A DNA stretch of 38,904 bases from Thraustotheca clavata (lineage: Eukaryota), in assembly GCA_002081575.1 (NCBI GenBank), contig JNBS01000055.1, positions 1-38,904 of the forward strand, read 5' to 3'. The notes under the pieces are model-generated. The model saw only the letters and a program-made list of their open reading frames with translations, searched no databases and was not told the origin of the DNA. This document shows, piece after piece, positions 22,801 to 33,788 of the stretch. How positions within the stretch are numbered: position 1 is the first letter of the stretch; every line of letters begins with the position of its first letter. The position numbers and the translations under genes were made by a program.

Positions 22801-25800
22801 AATCTGGCCACTTTGATCTTTGTCAAATTCTCGAAAGGCGTCAGCTACACTGATACCCTCTGCTGCTGCTCGAGTTAATATTCTTTCAAGTTGTCGTTGT
22901 ACAGTGACAGCAGGATCATATTGAATCCCAGCAAATGCCATAAACTCTGAGATATCAATAGTGCCGCTTTTGTCCTTGTCGATTCGCTCAATTAGTTGTT
23001 GTAGCAACTTGTCATTCAATTGAGTATCAACATCCATTTCTTGAATGAGTTTGCTAAACTCATCATACGACACAGCTCCACTACCATCCTTATCGACGTG
23101 ATGAAATAATTCCCCGATATCAATTCCTTTTGTTGTAGTCTTTTGAATGATTAACTGCAAAATACTCAACAAACCATCCTGAGCCTGCACCGTCAAACCC
23201 ATCGAGGTAATAAATTCCATGTAAGAAATTGATCCATCACCATTGTCATCTAACTGGCGACATAACTCATTGAACGTAGCTCGATCTCCAACTTGAAATC
23301 CCATTTCTCGTAAAGCTGCTTCAAATTCAGCATAAGAAACAGCACCATCACCAGAGGTATCAATGTGACGAAAAATAGATGGAACATCCAAACCTTTCTT
23401 AATGGCACGAAGCAATACTTCTCGAAGCTCATCACGCAGATCAATGCAGCAAGATTGATGTAAAAATGCAAGGAATTCTTTGTAATTGACATTTCCATCG
23501 CCATTTGTATCGAAGTATGCCATACAGGCTTGAAGACTCTCTGGAGTTATTGAGGCAAACAAAGGACCAAGTTGTCGGAGTCCTTTGATAAATTCCGATG
23601 GAGTAAGAAAACCATCGCCATTTGCATCCAAGAAGTCAAACATAGTTTTGAAATGCATTCCTTGAGCATGGGCTCGTACAAATACAGCACGAAGAATAGC
23701 CAAAAACTCCGCACTGTTCTTCTCATTTGGACGATTTGAGTTGCTTGATTGTTTGGAATTTGATGGCATTGAAACGAGTGAAAGCAAAGCATCAGCATCA
23801 AGACGATTATTTCGGGACACTTGGGTGGCAAATCGCTTACACAAAAGATCCAACTCATCGCGAGTAAGGGAAGTCGCATCTCCATTGTCACGGGCACTAC
23901 TTTTTCGAGCAGCTCGTTTGTTATGGTCAGTCAGAGGTGAGGCATAAAATTGTTCTTTCACTAGCAAATTACGAAGTTCTTCATTTGTATCAGCCAAAGC
24001 TCTTGCTCGTACTCGATGCTTCGGCTCACAGTGTGCTTTATCACTTGCATTTGTACTTAAACGCCAATTTGCATCATCAATAAGTGGACCCACGGCATTC
24101 GTAGGACATGGCGTTGAAGTGGAAGCATAGTTGCTCATTAAAACTTGGATAGATCCATACGTAGTTTTAACCATTGTTTCTTCAGTGGGTATACTTTGAA
24201 TTTCATATTCGGCATGATGTTTCTTCACTCGAGATCCTTGCCGCATTAGAGTGTAAAGTGGAATCGTCATTGTTCCCAAAAATAATAGACTGTCACCATC
24301 CCAAACATCCACTACAAGAGATTTATCACGGAGATATTCGACAAAGGTCGTGGGTTCGAGCATGGAGTATCTGGTTGTATGAACCTCGAAAATAATTGCT
24401 GGTGAAGGCTTCTTTGATTTTCCTTCCATTCGGCTGAGCAAATACGTAGTTGTTGCATGTGTTCCTGTCACTAGTAGCCGCTCTGTCTTTGTTGGCTCAA
24501 AGTCGTAAAACTGGAATGTAAAATGCATTGACATTGGGACTTTGCCATCAGAAATAGGTCGAAATGCCGCGAACTGGAATTGGATTTCAAACAGATTGAG
24601 TTTGTCAGCTAATTCGTCATTAATTGATAACCCCGTTGTAGGTGTAGATTTCACAACAGGCTTGACGAATCCTTGTTTACGTGGTGAGGTTGGTAATTCA
24701 TTGTAAACACCATGTCGAGTCAATAATGCCCTTGAGGCTCTTGTAAGCTCATGAGATGGTGTGGTGTCGTCTGAGATGATTGTTACCATGTGAGGATCAA
24801 CCTTGATAGTGTCTAGCTTTGGTTGAATGGGCTTCTCAGTGGGATTCATAATCGTCTTTAGTGCTTCAGATAAATTTGCGTCTTTTGTTGCTTTGGAAAG
24901 GAGTTCTTTATTCGCATTGTTGTCATCATTAGACTCTTTTAGCTCTTCTTTTTCAGGTGCTTCTTCATCAGAGCTTAACGACGCACCCTCGACGAGTATT
25001 TCAATATCACATGATGCAAATGATTCCTCCAATTTGCCTTCCTTGACACTGTTAGTCCATGTTGGTGATGTGTATATGACGTTATCCGAGTATGGTCGGG
25101 CATAGGAACCACTCTTGAGCTCAATATGTAGCAAGGATTCATCTTCATCATTATTTTCTTGCTTTTTCTTTGCATGATAATAAAACTTTTTTCCATCACT
25201 GGGTACAAGTGATCTTGCTGCCATTGTAATTACTACAACATCCTCAGTTGGCAAAGGTTCTTTTTCGCTTTTTGGCTTTACATGTTTTGGCCACACCAGC
25301 CGAAATTGCACCGTGTATTGCAACACAAGGACAATAGCAAAGAGCGGTGATAGAGTATAACCCTTTAGCTTAACTACTTGATTGACTGAAGATAATGTGT
25401 CGCTTCCATTTTCAAGTTTGAGTGGCACAGTGTGTTGCCGTGTTCTAAAGCACCTTCCATTATGCAATGCAATTTTGAGCACACGAGTGGCTATTTGTCC
25501 TTCCATAGTCTCAACTAAAGGATAAAGTGCTTTTCGAGTTTTTGCTAGGCGTTGAATTAAACTCTTTTCAAGCTCTTCTCGCAAATGAACAAAAGCCCGT
25601 AAAGCTGTGACAGTCACTGTAAATTCTTCAGCAATGGATATTTCACGAGGTAATTTCACTCGAGTAATGTCAAGTTTTGCTGGGGATATACCAACAAGAG
25701 ACATCTCTTTCAGGCCTGGTATCTTGTCAATGCCACTAACAATTTCATTTTTTCGTAAGAGCTGGTAGAGCTTTCCCAGAGGCTCATATTTGCGCACGTG

Positions 25801-27546
25801 ATACAAAAATTTACAACCTTGAACTTTTGCTTGGTTTTGCCATTCAATTTGGTCGATTACCCACAGGTTACGGGGACTGCCAGCAAAAATATTGACAGCG
25901 AGTGTTTCTACTGTGATGCCCACCAGCTTTTGTCCAAATATTGGAAGAATACACCAACCACACCCATGGGAAGTCTTGGTTAATCCAGATAGTGTGTCCT
26001 TCTCGTGGACAATAAGCTCGACAACAGCAACACAATTTGGATCTACTACATCAGTAAGGAAGCACACACTCATTTGAAGAGTAATATCAGCAAAAGACGA
26101 CTCTGTAATTTCCGGGCTTGACCACGTATTACCAAAGAATCGACGGGTGACGCTGTGGAAAAATGTGACTTGTACTCCATAGCGAAGAGAGCGATTTCGT
26201 AAATTCTCTGCAATCGGCCAGTTTTTAACCATGTGCAAATCAATTGCATACGCAGATATCTTGTTAACTCTTGTGGGACTATTGGTTCCATCAGGTACAG
26301 GCATCACAATACTCTCTGAACGAAAATTTTCAAAATATATTTCACGCTCATGCCATAGCTCGGAGCCACTTTTTCGTTTAGCTTTTTGCTTCGGCATGAT
26401 ACGCTTTGAAGGAGGTTGCCACTGACGCATAGCTTCCGCATCGTCACTGGATTCTGAGGACTTTCTGGCTTTAGCTTTTGTTGGCTCTTCACGTTTCGTT
26501 TGCTTGGTTTTCTTTTGTGGTGAAGTTTTTTTGGCTTTCTTTACTGGACTTGCTTCCTGTGTCACTTGTTTCTCATTGACATTAGATATTGATGCTGCTT
26601 TTGAAGGGTTTGTATCCGCTACTTTTACTTGTTTATCTGGTTGAGATGTAGCAACAGGATTAGCTTTGGACTCTACGTCTGGTGCTTGCGACTTTTTACC
26701 TTCATCCTTCGTTGCAATAGAGACCACAGTGGCATCTACCGGCTTTGGAGCATTCTTATCATTTGCATCGGGCTCTCTTTTCGACTCTTTAACAATTGGT
26801 TCTGATTGTTTACTAGAATTGGATTCAGCATCTCCACTTGCTTTGGAATGATCTTTAGGCTCTTGCACAATGACTTCTGGTTGTTTCTTATCCCTTGTTG
26901 CTAAGATTGGTTCAGTTGCCTCTTTCTTCTTCGGGATCTCTTGCTCTCGTGCTGCCTTGGATGGTACTTTAAGTTCTTCAGCAACATCAGTTGAAACTTT
27001 ATCTTTAGTGTTATCTTTCTTCTCGATTACATTTTGTGCAATATCTTTTTCAACAATTTCATTCTGTTTGGCAGGCTCTGATTTTTGTGTATCAGCTTTA
27101 CTAATAGATTGGCTTCGCGGTTGCATAACAACTACATCATCTTCCACATTAATATTATCTTTTGCTTTTTGAGCTGCCAACTTAACTTCCTTTAGGCTTC
27201 CAGCTTTTTTCCATGGTTTCTTCGATGTGTCTGAGGCGCCTTCTTTCTCAGAGCCTGCTGGAGACGCTTTCGCACTACCTGTAGTTTTACTTATCTGCTT
27301 CTTCCACGGCTTTGGTGCATCATCTTTCCCAGACGTTGCAGGAGAAGCTGTCGATGGGTTTTTTCTTGGTATCATCGACTTTTTTCTTTCAACTGGAGGC
27401 TTTTTCTCTCCACCTTCTTTCACATGAGTTGCTTCACTGCTTGTCTTCACTTCTTCAGAAGTTTTGGCCTCTTTTACACCTTCTTTTTCGTGTTTTTCTG
27501 CTTCTTTATCGATCGCATGCACGGAATCATCTTCCATCGGCGCCAA
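16815..27546 (-). CDS. NPHP4: Giant nephrocystin-4 (ciliary transition-zone protein) with an internal EF-hand array; ~3,500 aa, 6 exons
   Basis: NPHP4 blocks occur in order: VTFFHSVTRRFFGNTW, GCGWCILPIF...FAGSPRNL, LHNGRCF, LTRASRALL, EIQFQFAAF...FTFQFYDF, VDVWDGDSLLFLG...LMRQG, ARALADTNEEL, [EF array], RQLERLR, YRE.HKKALI..LL...TT...FG...F.E.P..SP. Five small 3' exons end in KISYYNPW...VYLFINDHQDQNEEC. Exon 1 spans 27546-17746; first intron 17703-17745. Confidence 0.92.
18796..18897 (-). repeat. 51-bp tandem duplication encoding EE[P/T]KAPVNTLPSQRSGL x2
   Basis: Copies at 18796-18846 and 18847-18897 differ at 7 of 51 nt. Confidence 0.95.
19280..23715 (-). repeat. Protein-level tandem array of ~15 units (~85-95 aa): amphipathic helix LxxLLxxAxxxGxD + paired EF-hands
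   Basis: Repeated units such as LKDLFIRASDKGVNVQDAFKHFDKDGNGSISHAEF...LDKDTSGEISLSEF and LKGLLQRAKEKGINIDKAFAHFDKDGNGTITYEEF...LDKDKSGTISLIEF; counted by eye. Confidence 0.9.
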
Positions 27547-27588
27547 TTCACCGCCAAAACTTAAATTTTCGATCTTAAACTATTTTTT

Positions 27589-27752
27589 ATTGGTTGAAAA
27601 TTGTTTCTTCCAGTGATTCAATTGGCTATTTAGAAAAATAAGAATAAATATTTTGAATAAAAATATATGACAACTTATATGTATATCATTTAAAATTTTC
27701 TGAGAAGATATGATTGGTTAAAAATCTGAAAGATGTCAATGATTGGGATTGG
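27589..27752 (-). promoter_or_regulatory. Cluster of five CCAAT boxes in the divergent NPHP4/CysRS intergenic region
   Basis: ATTGG on + at 27589, 27621, 27713, 27742 and 27748, within a ~290-bp AT-rich spacer between divergent ATGs. CCAAT is a known common oomycete promoter element. Confidence 0.5.
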
Positions 27753-27832
27753 TTTAATGGAATAAACAATTGAATTAAATTATCTTAGACTTTGTATCTA
27801 ATCGCATTTTAATTTGTGTGGTACATATTGAT

Positions 27833-29865
27833 ATGAATATTGTCACGCGAATTCGATCGCGGTACATCCGCGTCCATCGCGGATGGAATTCTCTTCATTC
27901 TAAAGCTTCTTCACGTATTCTTGCAATGAATTCTCTTTCTGGTACATTGGATCCCTTGCCACAGAGCTCAGAGCCATTGAAATGGTACGTGTGTGGCCCA
28001 ACAGTGTATGATAGTGCCCATCTTGGCCATGCTCGAACGTACGTAAGCCAAGATATTTTACGACGAATCTTGACAAATTACTTTCGCCAAGATATTAATA
28101 TGGTTATGGGGATGACGGATGTAGATGATAAGATCATTGCTACAGCTCAACGTTTGAAGAAATCCATGACTGAAGTTGCTGGAGCTCATGAAGATGCATT
28201 TTTAAAGGATTTAGCTGCTCTTAATGTCTTACGTGCTTCATCAATTACTCGTGTCAGTGAACATATTCCAGAGATCATTCAGTACATTGAGACTCTTAAA
28301 CAAAATGGATTTGCGTATGCTACATCTGATGGAATGTATTTTGATACGGTGGCTTTGGGTTCTGAATATGGAAAACTTGCTCCTAATGCTGCTACGATTG
28401 AAGACAATGAAGTGGTTGAAGAAGGTATTGGAAGTGAGAAGCGGAATGCTAGAGATTTTGCATTATGGAAACGATCCAAGACTGAAGATGAGCCTGGTTG
28501 GGAATCTCCATTTGGCCGTGGACGTCCAGGATGGCACATTGAATGTTCGGCTATGACACATCATGTTCTTGGTGGCTCTATTGATGTTCATTCGGGTGGC
28601 ATCGATTTGTGTTTTCCTCATCACAATAATGAGGTAGCACAATGTGATGGTTATCATCACAAAACACCAGGTAATGCAATGTATCATACTCCAATTTATC
28701 CTCTCTAGGTCATGTTTGGTGCAAACACTTTATCCATTTTGGTCATTTGTACATTAAAGGCTTAAAAATGTCCAAATCGCTTAAAAACTTTATTTCAATT
28801 GAGGAATTTCTTAAAGAGCCGTCAGCATCTTCTGATGCATTTCGACTCTTTTGCTTGCAATACAAATACAATACAAATGTTCACTTTTCCCTTGATCGAA
28901 TGCGAGATGCTAATGTACTTCTCCAGCGATTTGTTTCATTCTTTCAAACAGTCTTGACAATGACCAAAGCTGGAAATACATCTCGTCGTTTAGAATCGGC
29001 TGATGATATTATTCTTGTATCTCTTTATCAAACCAAAGTTAAAATCGATCAAGCTTTACGTAATGACTTTGACACTCCTGAAGTTCTTTTACAACTTACC
29101 AATTTAATGTCGTTGGTGAATCGTGAAATTAAAGTGCGTCATATTCCTATTGAAGCTGTGTGCCAAGTTGCAACTTTTGTACTTGAAATGTGTCAATTAC
29201 TTGGACTGAAAGATAGTATTTCTGGCTTTGCGTCAATCTCTCTTGCTGCCTCTACTGCGCCAGAACAAGCTTCAGATCTTCAAAATGCTACTGCAATTCT
29301 CGATGCTTTTACAGCACTTCGTGCTCAAGTTCGTCAAGTGGCCCTTACCAATACAAAAGACCCGCAATTTCAATCAATTCTCCAGCTATGTGATCGTATC
29401 AGGTATATCTTTCTCTCAATATTATCTTTTATGAATAACTTTATGATAGAGATCAAACTCTACCTCCTATGGGTATTCAAATTGATGATGTTTCCTCAGG
29501 ACAATCCCACTGGAAATTACAACCATATCAAAAACCTGAAACATTGTCCAACAATTCATCTAACGTTGATCCTGTTAAAGCACAATTAGCTGCAAAGCAA
29601 GCTGAATTTGAAGCTGAAATGCAAATTCCACCGGAAAATTATTTTCAAGAATCAAAACAATTCAAAGGCAAATTCACCGAGTTTGATCAAGATGTAATCT
29701 ACTAGCATTATGCTTCTCATTATTCATGCTTTTCTGTAGGGTATTCCATTGACTGATGAAAATGGACAAATATGGACCAAATCTGGTCGAAAAAAACTTT
29801 TGAAAAAACTTGAAAAACATATCAAATCTTATGAAAAGTTTTGGTCAAATAAATCTTTAGAATAG
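27833..29865 (+). CDS. CARS: Cysteinyl-tRNA synthetase with a putative mitochondrial presequence (4 exons)
   Basis: YVCGPTVYDSAHLGHAR (HIGH motif), TDVDDKII, DFALWK, GRPGWHIECSAM, DVHSGGIDLCFPHHNNE, KMSKSLKNF, NDFDTP. Introns at 28671-28708, ~29403-29448 and 29694-29739. Confidence 0.95.
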
Positions 29866-30007
29866 AATGTATTTCCATTGTCTTTACCTCCTTAATTGTG
29901 TTGTAATTGACTTTCGTGTAAACATTAGCCTAATTCACACCATTTGTGACATAACACTATTTAATGGTAATAATAGATATAGTGTGTATGGCACATTACG
30001 TGTTGCG

Positions 30008-31699
30008 ATGTCATCGGTCTGGACAAAGCTCAAGGGATTTGATGCGAATCCGAAAACTCTAGAGGAATTCAAGGTTCGAACTATGCAAGGAGGCCTCTGT
30101 ATGTATCATTTATTCTCGTTGATGATATATGTATGCTTTAGTCTCGCTTGTGGCCTTTGCATTGATGTTTTTCCTCTTTATATCGGAATTGCAGTATTAT
30201 TTGACAGTGGTAATGATTAAACCATCAACTTATAAAGCGATTCAATCAATCCTAGGACACAGTTGATAAGATGTATGTGGATGGACAACGAAATGTTAAT
30301 TTATCGATCAATTTTGACATTGAATTTCCTCGGTACCAAGAAATTTGTGGTCAAATTGACAAAATCCATTTAATAGAATGCCATGCCAAATTGTATCGAT
30401 TGAACATGCAGATTTAGCTGGACGAGTTCAAGTAGGAATGATAAGCGAACGTATTTACTATTCTCTTTATTAGTTGGATGTAATTGACAATATCCACAAA
30501 GTTCGTTTGGATTACAATGGTATAAATCTCTTAATATCTCGATTAACTTTTGCTTAGGAAATCCTATCGGTGAAAAGATGAAAGAATCAGTACGCGGATT
30601 TGAATTTACAAGACTAAAAATCAATAGATTGGAGGAGCCCTAAAGAATGAATCGGAATTGATCAACCAAGCTCCATTGCAAAAGTTGTTATATATGTATC
30701 TAAGTGCTAAATACATTGTAGGGATGGATGTGGTAATTGTTATGGAGCTGGAGAGCCTGGAGAGGTACAATCTCATTTATAAAATCTCTCATGATAACTT
30801 AGTGCTGTAATACTTGTGAAGATGTTAAAAATGCATATATTCGTAAAAATTGGGCTCTTCCAAGCTTGCATAATGTTGTTCAGGTATGATTCTATTAGAT
30901 AATCAAGTTTGATGTATCAAACATAGTGTATGAATGCTGAACTTGAATCCATCCTTAAAGGTCAAGTGAGAGAAGGATGTCGTATTTCTGGCCATCTTGA
31001 TGTTGCCAAGGTCATAAATACCAATATCATCTACAACATAAATGCTCAAGTTTTGTAGGTTGAGGGAAGATTTTACTTTGCTCCATCCAAGATTTTTCAA
31101 AGTGGTTATTTGGTTGCTGATGATGTTTTGGATTCTACCTTTAAAGTGTTTGACAATTCCCACACAATTCATACTTTAACGTTTGGTAAAGAATACCCAG
31201 TATATATTGTATCATGTATGAATGATGTACTAAGTGTATTGATTAGAATATGAAAAATCCATTAAATGATCGTTTTAAGCATCTTGGCTTAGGAAAACGT
31301 GGTGCATTTCAATACTTTTTAAAGGTATTCATTTCTTTAAACAATCAAACTTACTTGTTTAGGTTGTATCAACCGATTATACATTTCTCAATGGCCAAGA
31401 AATCAATTCAAATCAATATTCTGTCACCGAACATTTTTTAGAAATGACACCAACAGGTCAAAAAGGTCTTCCTCGTGTTACTTTTGCTTATGAATTTTCA
31501 CCGATTAAATTTCGTATTGAACAAACTCAAAAAGGATTTACTCAATTCCTTACAAGTTTTTGTGCAATTGTTGGTGGTGTTTTTACGGTCATCCATCATT
31601 CTCAAATTTATTATACTTACCTTTTTCTAGGTCATGGGTCTTGTTGATTCTGCCATGTACAATCTTATGGCAATTAAACGAAAGTCTCCATTGCTTTAA
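30008..31699 (+). CDS. ERGIC3: ER-Golgi intermediate compartment protein 3 (Erv46-like), ~14 exons
   Basis: LKGFDANPKTLEEFKVRTMQGG, INFDIEFPRMPC, CGNCYGA..CCNTCEDVKNAY, EGCRISGHLDVAKV, SHTIHTLTFG, FQYFLKVV, LPRVTFAYEFSPIK, FLTSFCAIVGGVFTV; 13 short introns placed manually. Confidence 0.92.
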
Positions 31700-32359
31700 T
31701 CTTCCTAATCAACACCATCTTCTTTCCCATTCCTTAAAGTATCCATCCCCAAGTCACTACCAAGAATCTCCAAACTTTTCATTCCTCTTCAATCCCTCAA
31801 TTTCCATCAACATCATTCATATCTCCTTACACATTTCTTCATTCCCATCAACATATACACATTTTCACCTCATCAATTCTTTCATTCCCATATATTTTCA
31901 CTCCAAAGTATCCTTCCATCCTCTCCACTCATCAAACCACATACAATCCCTCTTCCTCTTTACACATACCTCTTTTTCTTCTGTTTCTTCTCTTTCTACC
32001 TCACATACCTCTTTATCTTCTCTCCATCTTGTCTTCATTGATCATTATCTTGTTTTTCTGCTTCTGGTTGAAGTATCAGATCACAAAGTGGGCATGTCGC
32101 ATATTGAACATTTGGTTGATCGTTTTCTATGAACCATATCGCATCCACTCGAATATTCCTTTGTCATCCTCTTCCCATGCTCTTCTTTCAACATCTCTCG
32201 TCTCTATCTATTCCATCTCTTTCTTTCCATTGTCAAATATCTTGTCTTCTTGACCGTCACATTTACCACAATCAAATTCTACACTCGTTTAATTTCGATC
32301 TCGTACCTAAATGAGTTTGGGGGATTTTCAGTGGTTGAGAACTTAAGTCATATTCCGTT

Positions 32360-33754
32360 ATGACGTCGCAGTTGGCTGTCCAAGACCTCGCGTCGCTCGA
32401 TCCCAAGACACTTACGCCGCTCACTCCTGAAGTGATTTCTCGTCAAGCTACGATCAATATTGGTACAATTGGTCATGTGGCTCATGGCAAGTCGACAGTG
32501 GTCAAGGCAATCTCGGGTGTGCAGACAGTGCGCTTTAAAAACGAACTCGAACGCAACATTACGATTAAATTGGGTTATGCCAATGCTAAAATCTACCGAT
32601 CGGAACCACAAGTAGTCAAGCCAGACGATACTACGACGCCTGCTAATACTACGCCTATGTATGCAGCGTTTGGAAGTTCAAAACCTGATAGATTCACCGA
32701 TGAAAAAGGTGTGACATGGGCTTTACAACGACATGTAAGCTTTGTGGATTGTCCTGGACATGATATTTTAATGGCAACGATGTTGAACGGTGCTGCTGTC
32801 ATGGATGCAGCATTGTTGCTTGTGGCAGGTAATGAACCATGTCCACAACCACAAACTTCGGAACATTTGGCTGCAGTCGAAATTATGCGATTGCAAAACA
32901 TTATCATTCTTCAAAACAAAGTGGATTTGATTAAACCTGATGCAGCCAAAGCACAATATGAACAAGTCAAACAATTTGTTGCTGGTACGGTGGCACATGA
33001 TGCACCAATTATTCCTATTTCGGCTGTGCTTAAATACAATATTGATGTCGTGTGTGAATACATTGTACGCAATATTCCAATTCCACGTCGTGATTTTGTA
33101 TCCAAACCAAAGCTCATTGTTATTCGATCGTTTGATGTGAATAAACCTGGTCAAGATGTTGAAAATTTACAAGGTGGTGTTGCTGGTGGATCGATTCTTC
33201 AAGGTGTTCTTCGTGTTGGAGATGAAATTGAAGTACGCCCTGGTATTTACTCGAAAGATGAAGATGGCAAAATTCAATGCACACCAATCTTTAGTCGAAT
33301 TGTTTCTCTCAAGGCAGAACACAATGAACTTCAATATGCTGTGCCTGGCGGTCTTATTGGTGTTGGTACACTTATTGATCCAACATTGACCCGATCGGAT
33401 CGTCTTGTTGGTCAAGTGTTGGGCTTAAAGGGCTCTTTACCAGATATCTTTACAGAATTGGAAATCAACTTCTATTTGTTGCGTCGTTTGCTTGGTGTCA
33501 AGACTTCAGAAGGCTCAAAAGCTTCCAAGGTTCAAAAACTCACCAAAGCTGAAGTGCTTATGATCAATATTGGGTCGACTACAACAGGGGCTAAAATCGT
33601 TGCTGTCAAACATGATCTTGCTAAAATTCTTCTTACGCAACCTGTGTGCACACAAGAAGGCGAAAAGATTGCTTTGAGCCGACGGATTGATAAGCATTGG
33701 CGTTTGATCGGTTGGGGTGAAATCCGCCGTGGTGTCAAAATTGACATTGCTTAA
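32360..33754 (+). CDS. EIF2S3: Eukaryotic translation initiation factor 2 subunit gamma
   Basis: Intronless 464-aa ORF with [44 protein letters not shown] and HWRLIGWG. Confidence 0.98.
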   Translation: MTSQLAVQDLASLDPKTLTPLTPEVISRQATINIGTIGHVAHGKSTVVKAISGVQTVRFKNELERNITIKLGYANAKIYRSEPQVVKPDDTTTPANTTPMYAAFGSSKPDRFTDEKGVTWALQRHVSFVDCPGHDILMATMLNGAAVMDAALLLVAGNEPCPQPQTSEHLAAVEIMRLQNIIILQNKVDLIKPDAAKAQYEQVKQFVAGTVAHDAPIIPISAVLKYNIDVVCEYIVRNIPIPRRDFVSKPKLIVIRSFDVNKPGQDVENLQGGVAGGSILQGVLRVGDEIEVRPGIYSKDEDGKIQCTPIFSRIVSLKAEHNELQYAVPGGLIGVGTLIDPTLTRSDRLVGQVLGLKGSLPDIFTELEINFYLLRRLLGVKTSEGSKASKVQKLTKAEVLMINIGSTTTGAKIVAVKHDLAKILLTQPVCTQEGEKIALSRRIDKHWRLIGWGEIRRGVKIDIA

Positions 33755-33788
33755 GCCACGTAGTTTTTCTGCAGATAATACAAGGATT

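Noticed and set aside
17716..27546. Calling the 3,276-aa ORF a complete stand-alone calmodulin-like protein
   Set aside because: The ORF end is intron read-through. NPHP4 blocks flank the EF array, and five further exons extend the gene to 16815.
18539..27578. Many short + strand ORFs opposite NPHP4 (and similar ORFs opposite eIF2-gamma, UFL1 and the HDAC gene)
   Set aside because: Antisense or alternate-frame shadows of long coding regions, without motifs of their own.
31560..32132. 190-aa His/Ser/Phe-rich plus-strand ORF
   Set aside because: By-product of G depletion, which removes TAG/TGA stops. It overlaps the end of ERGIC3 out of frame and has no protein-like features.
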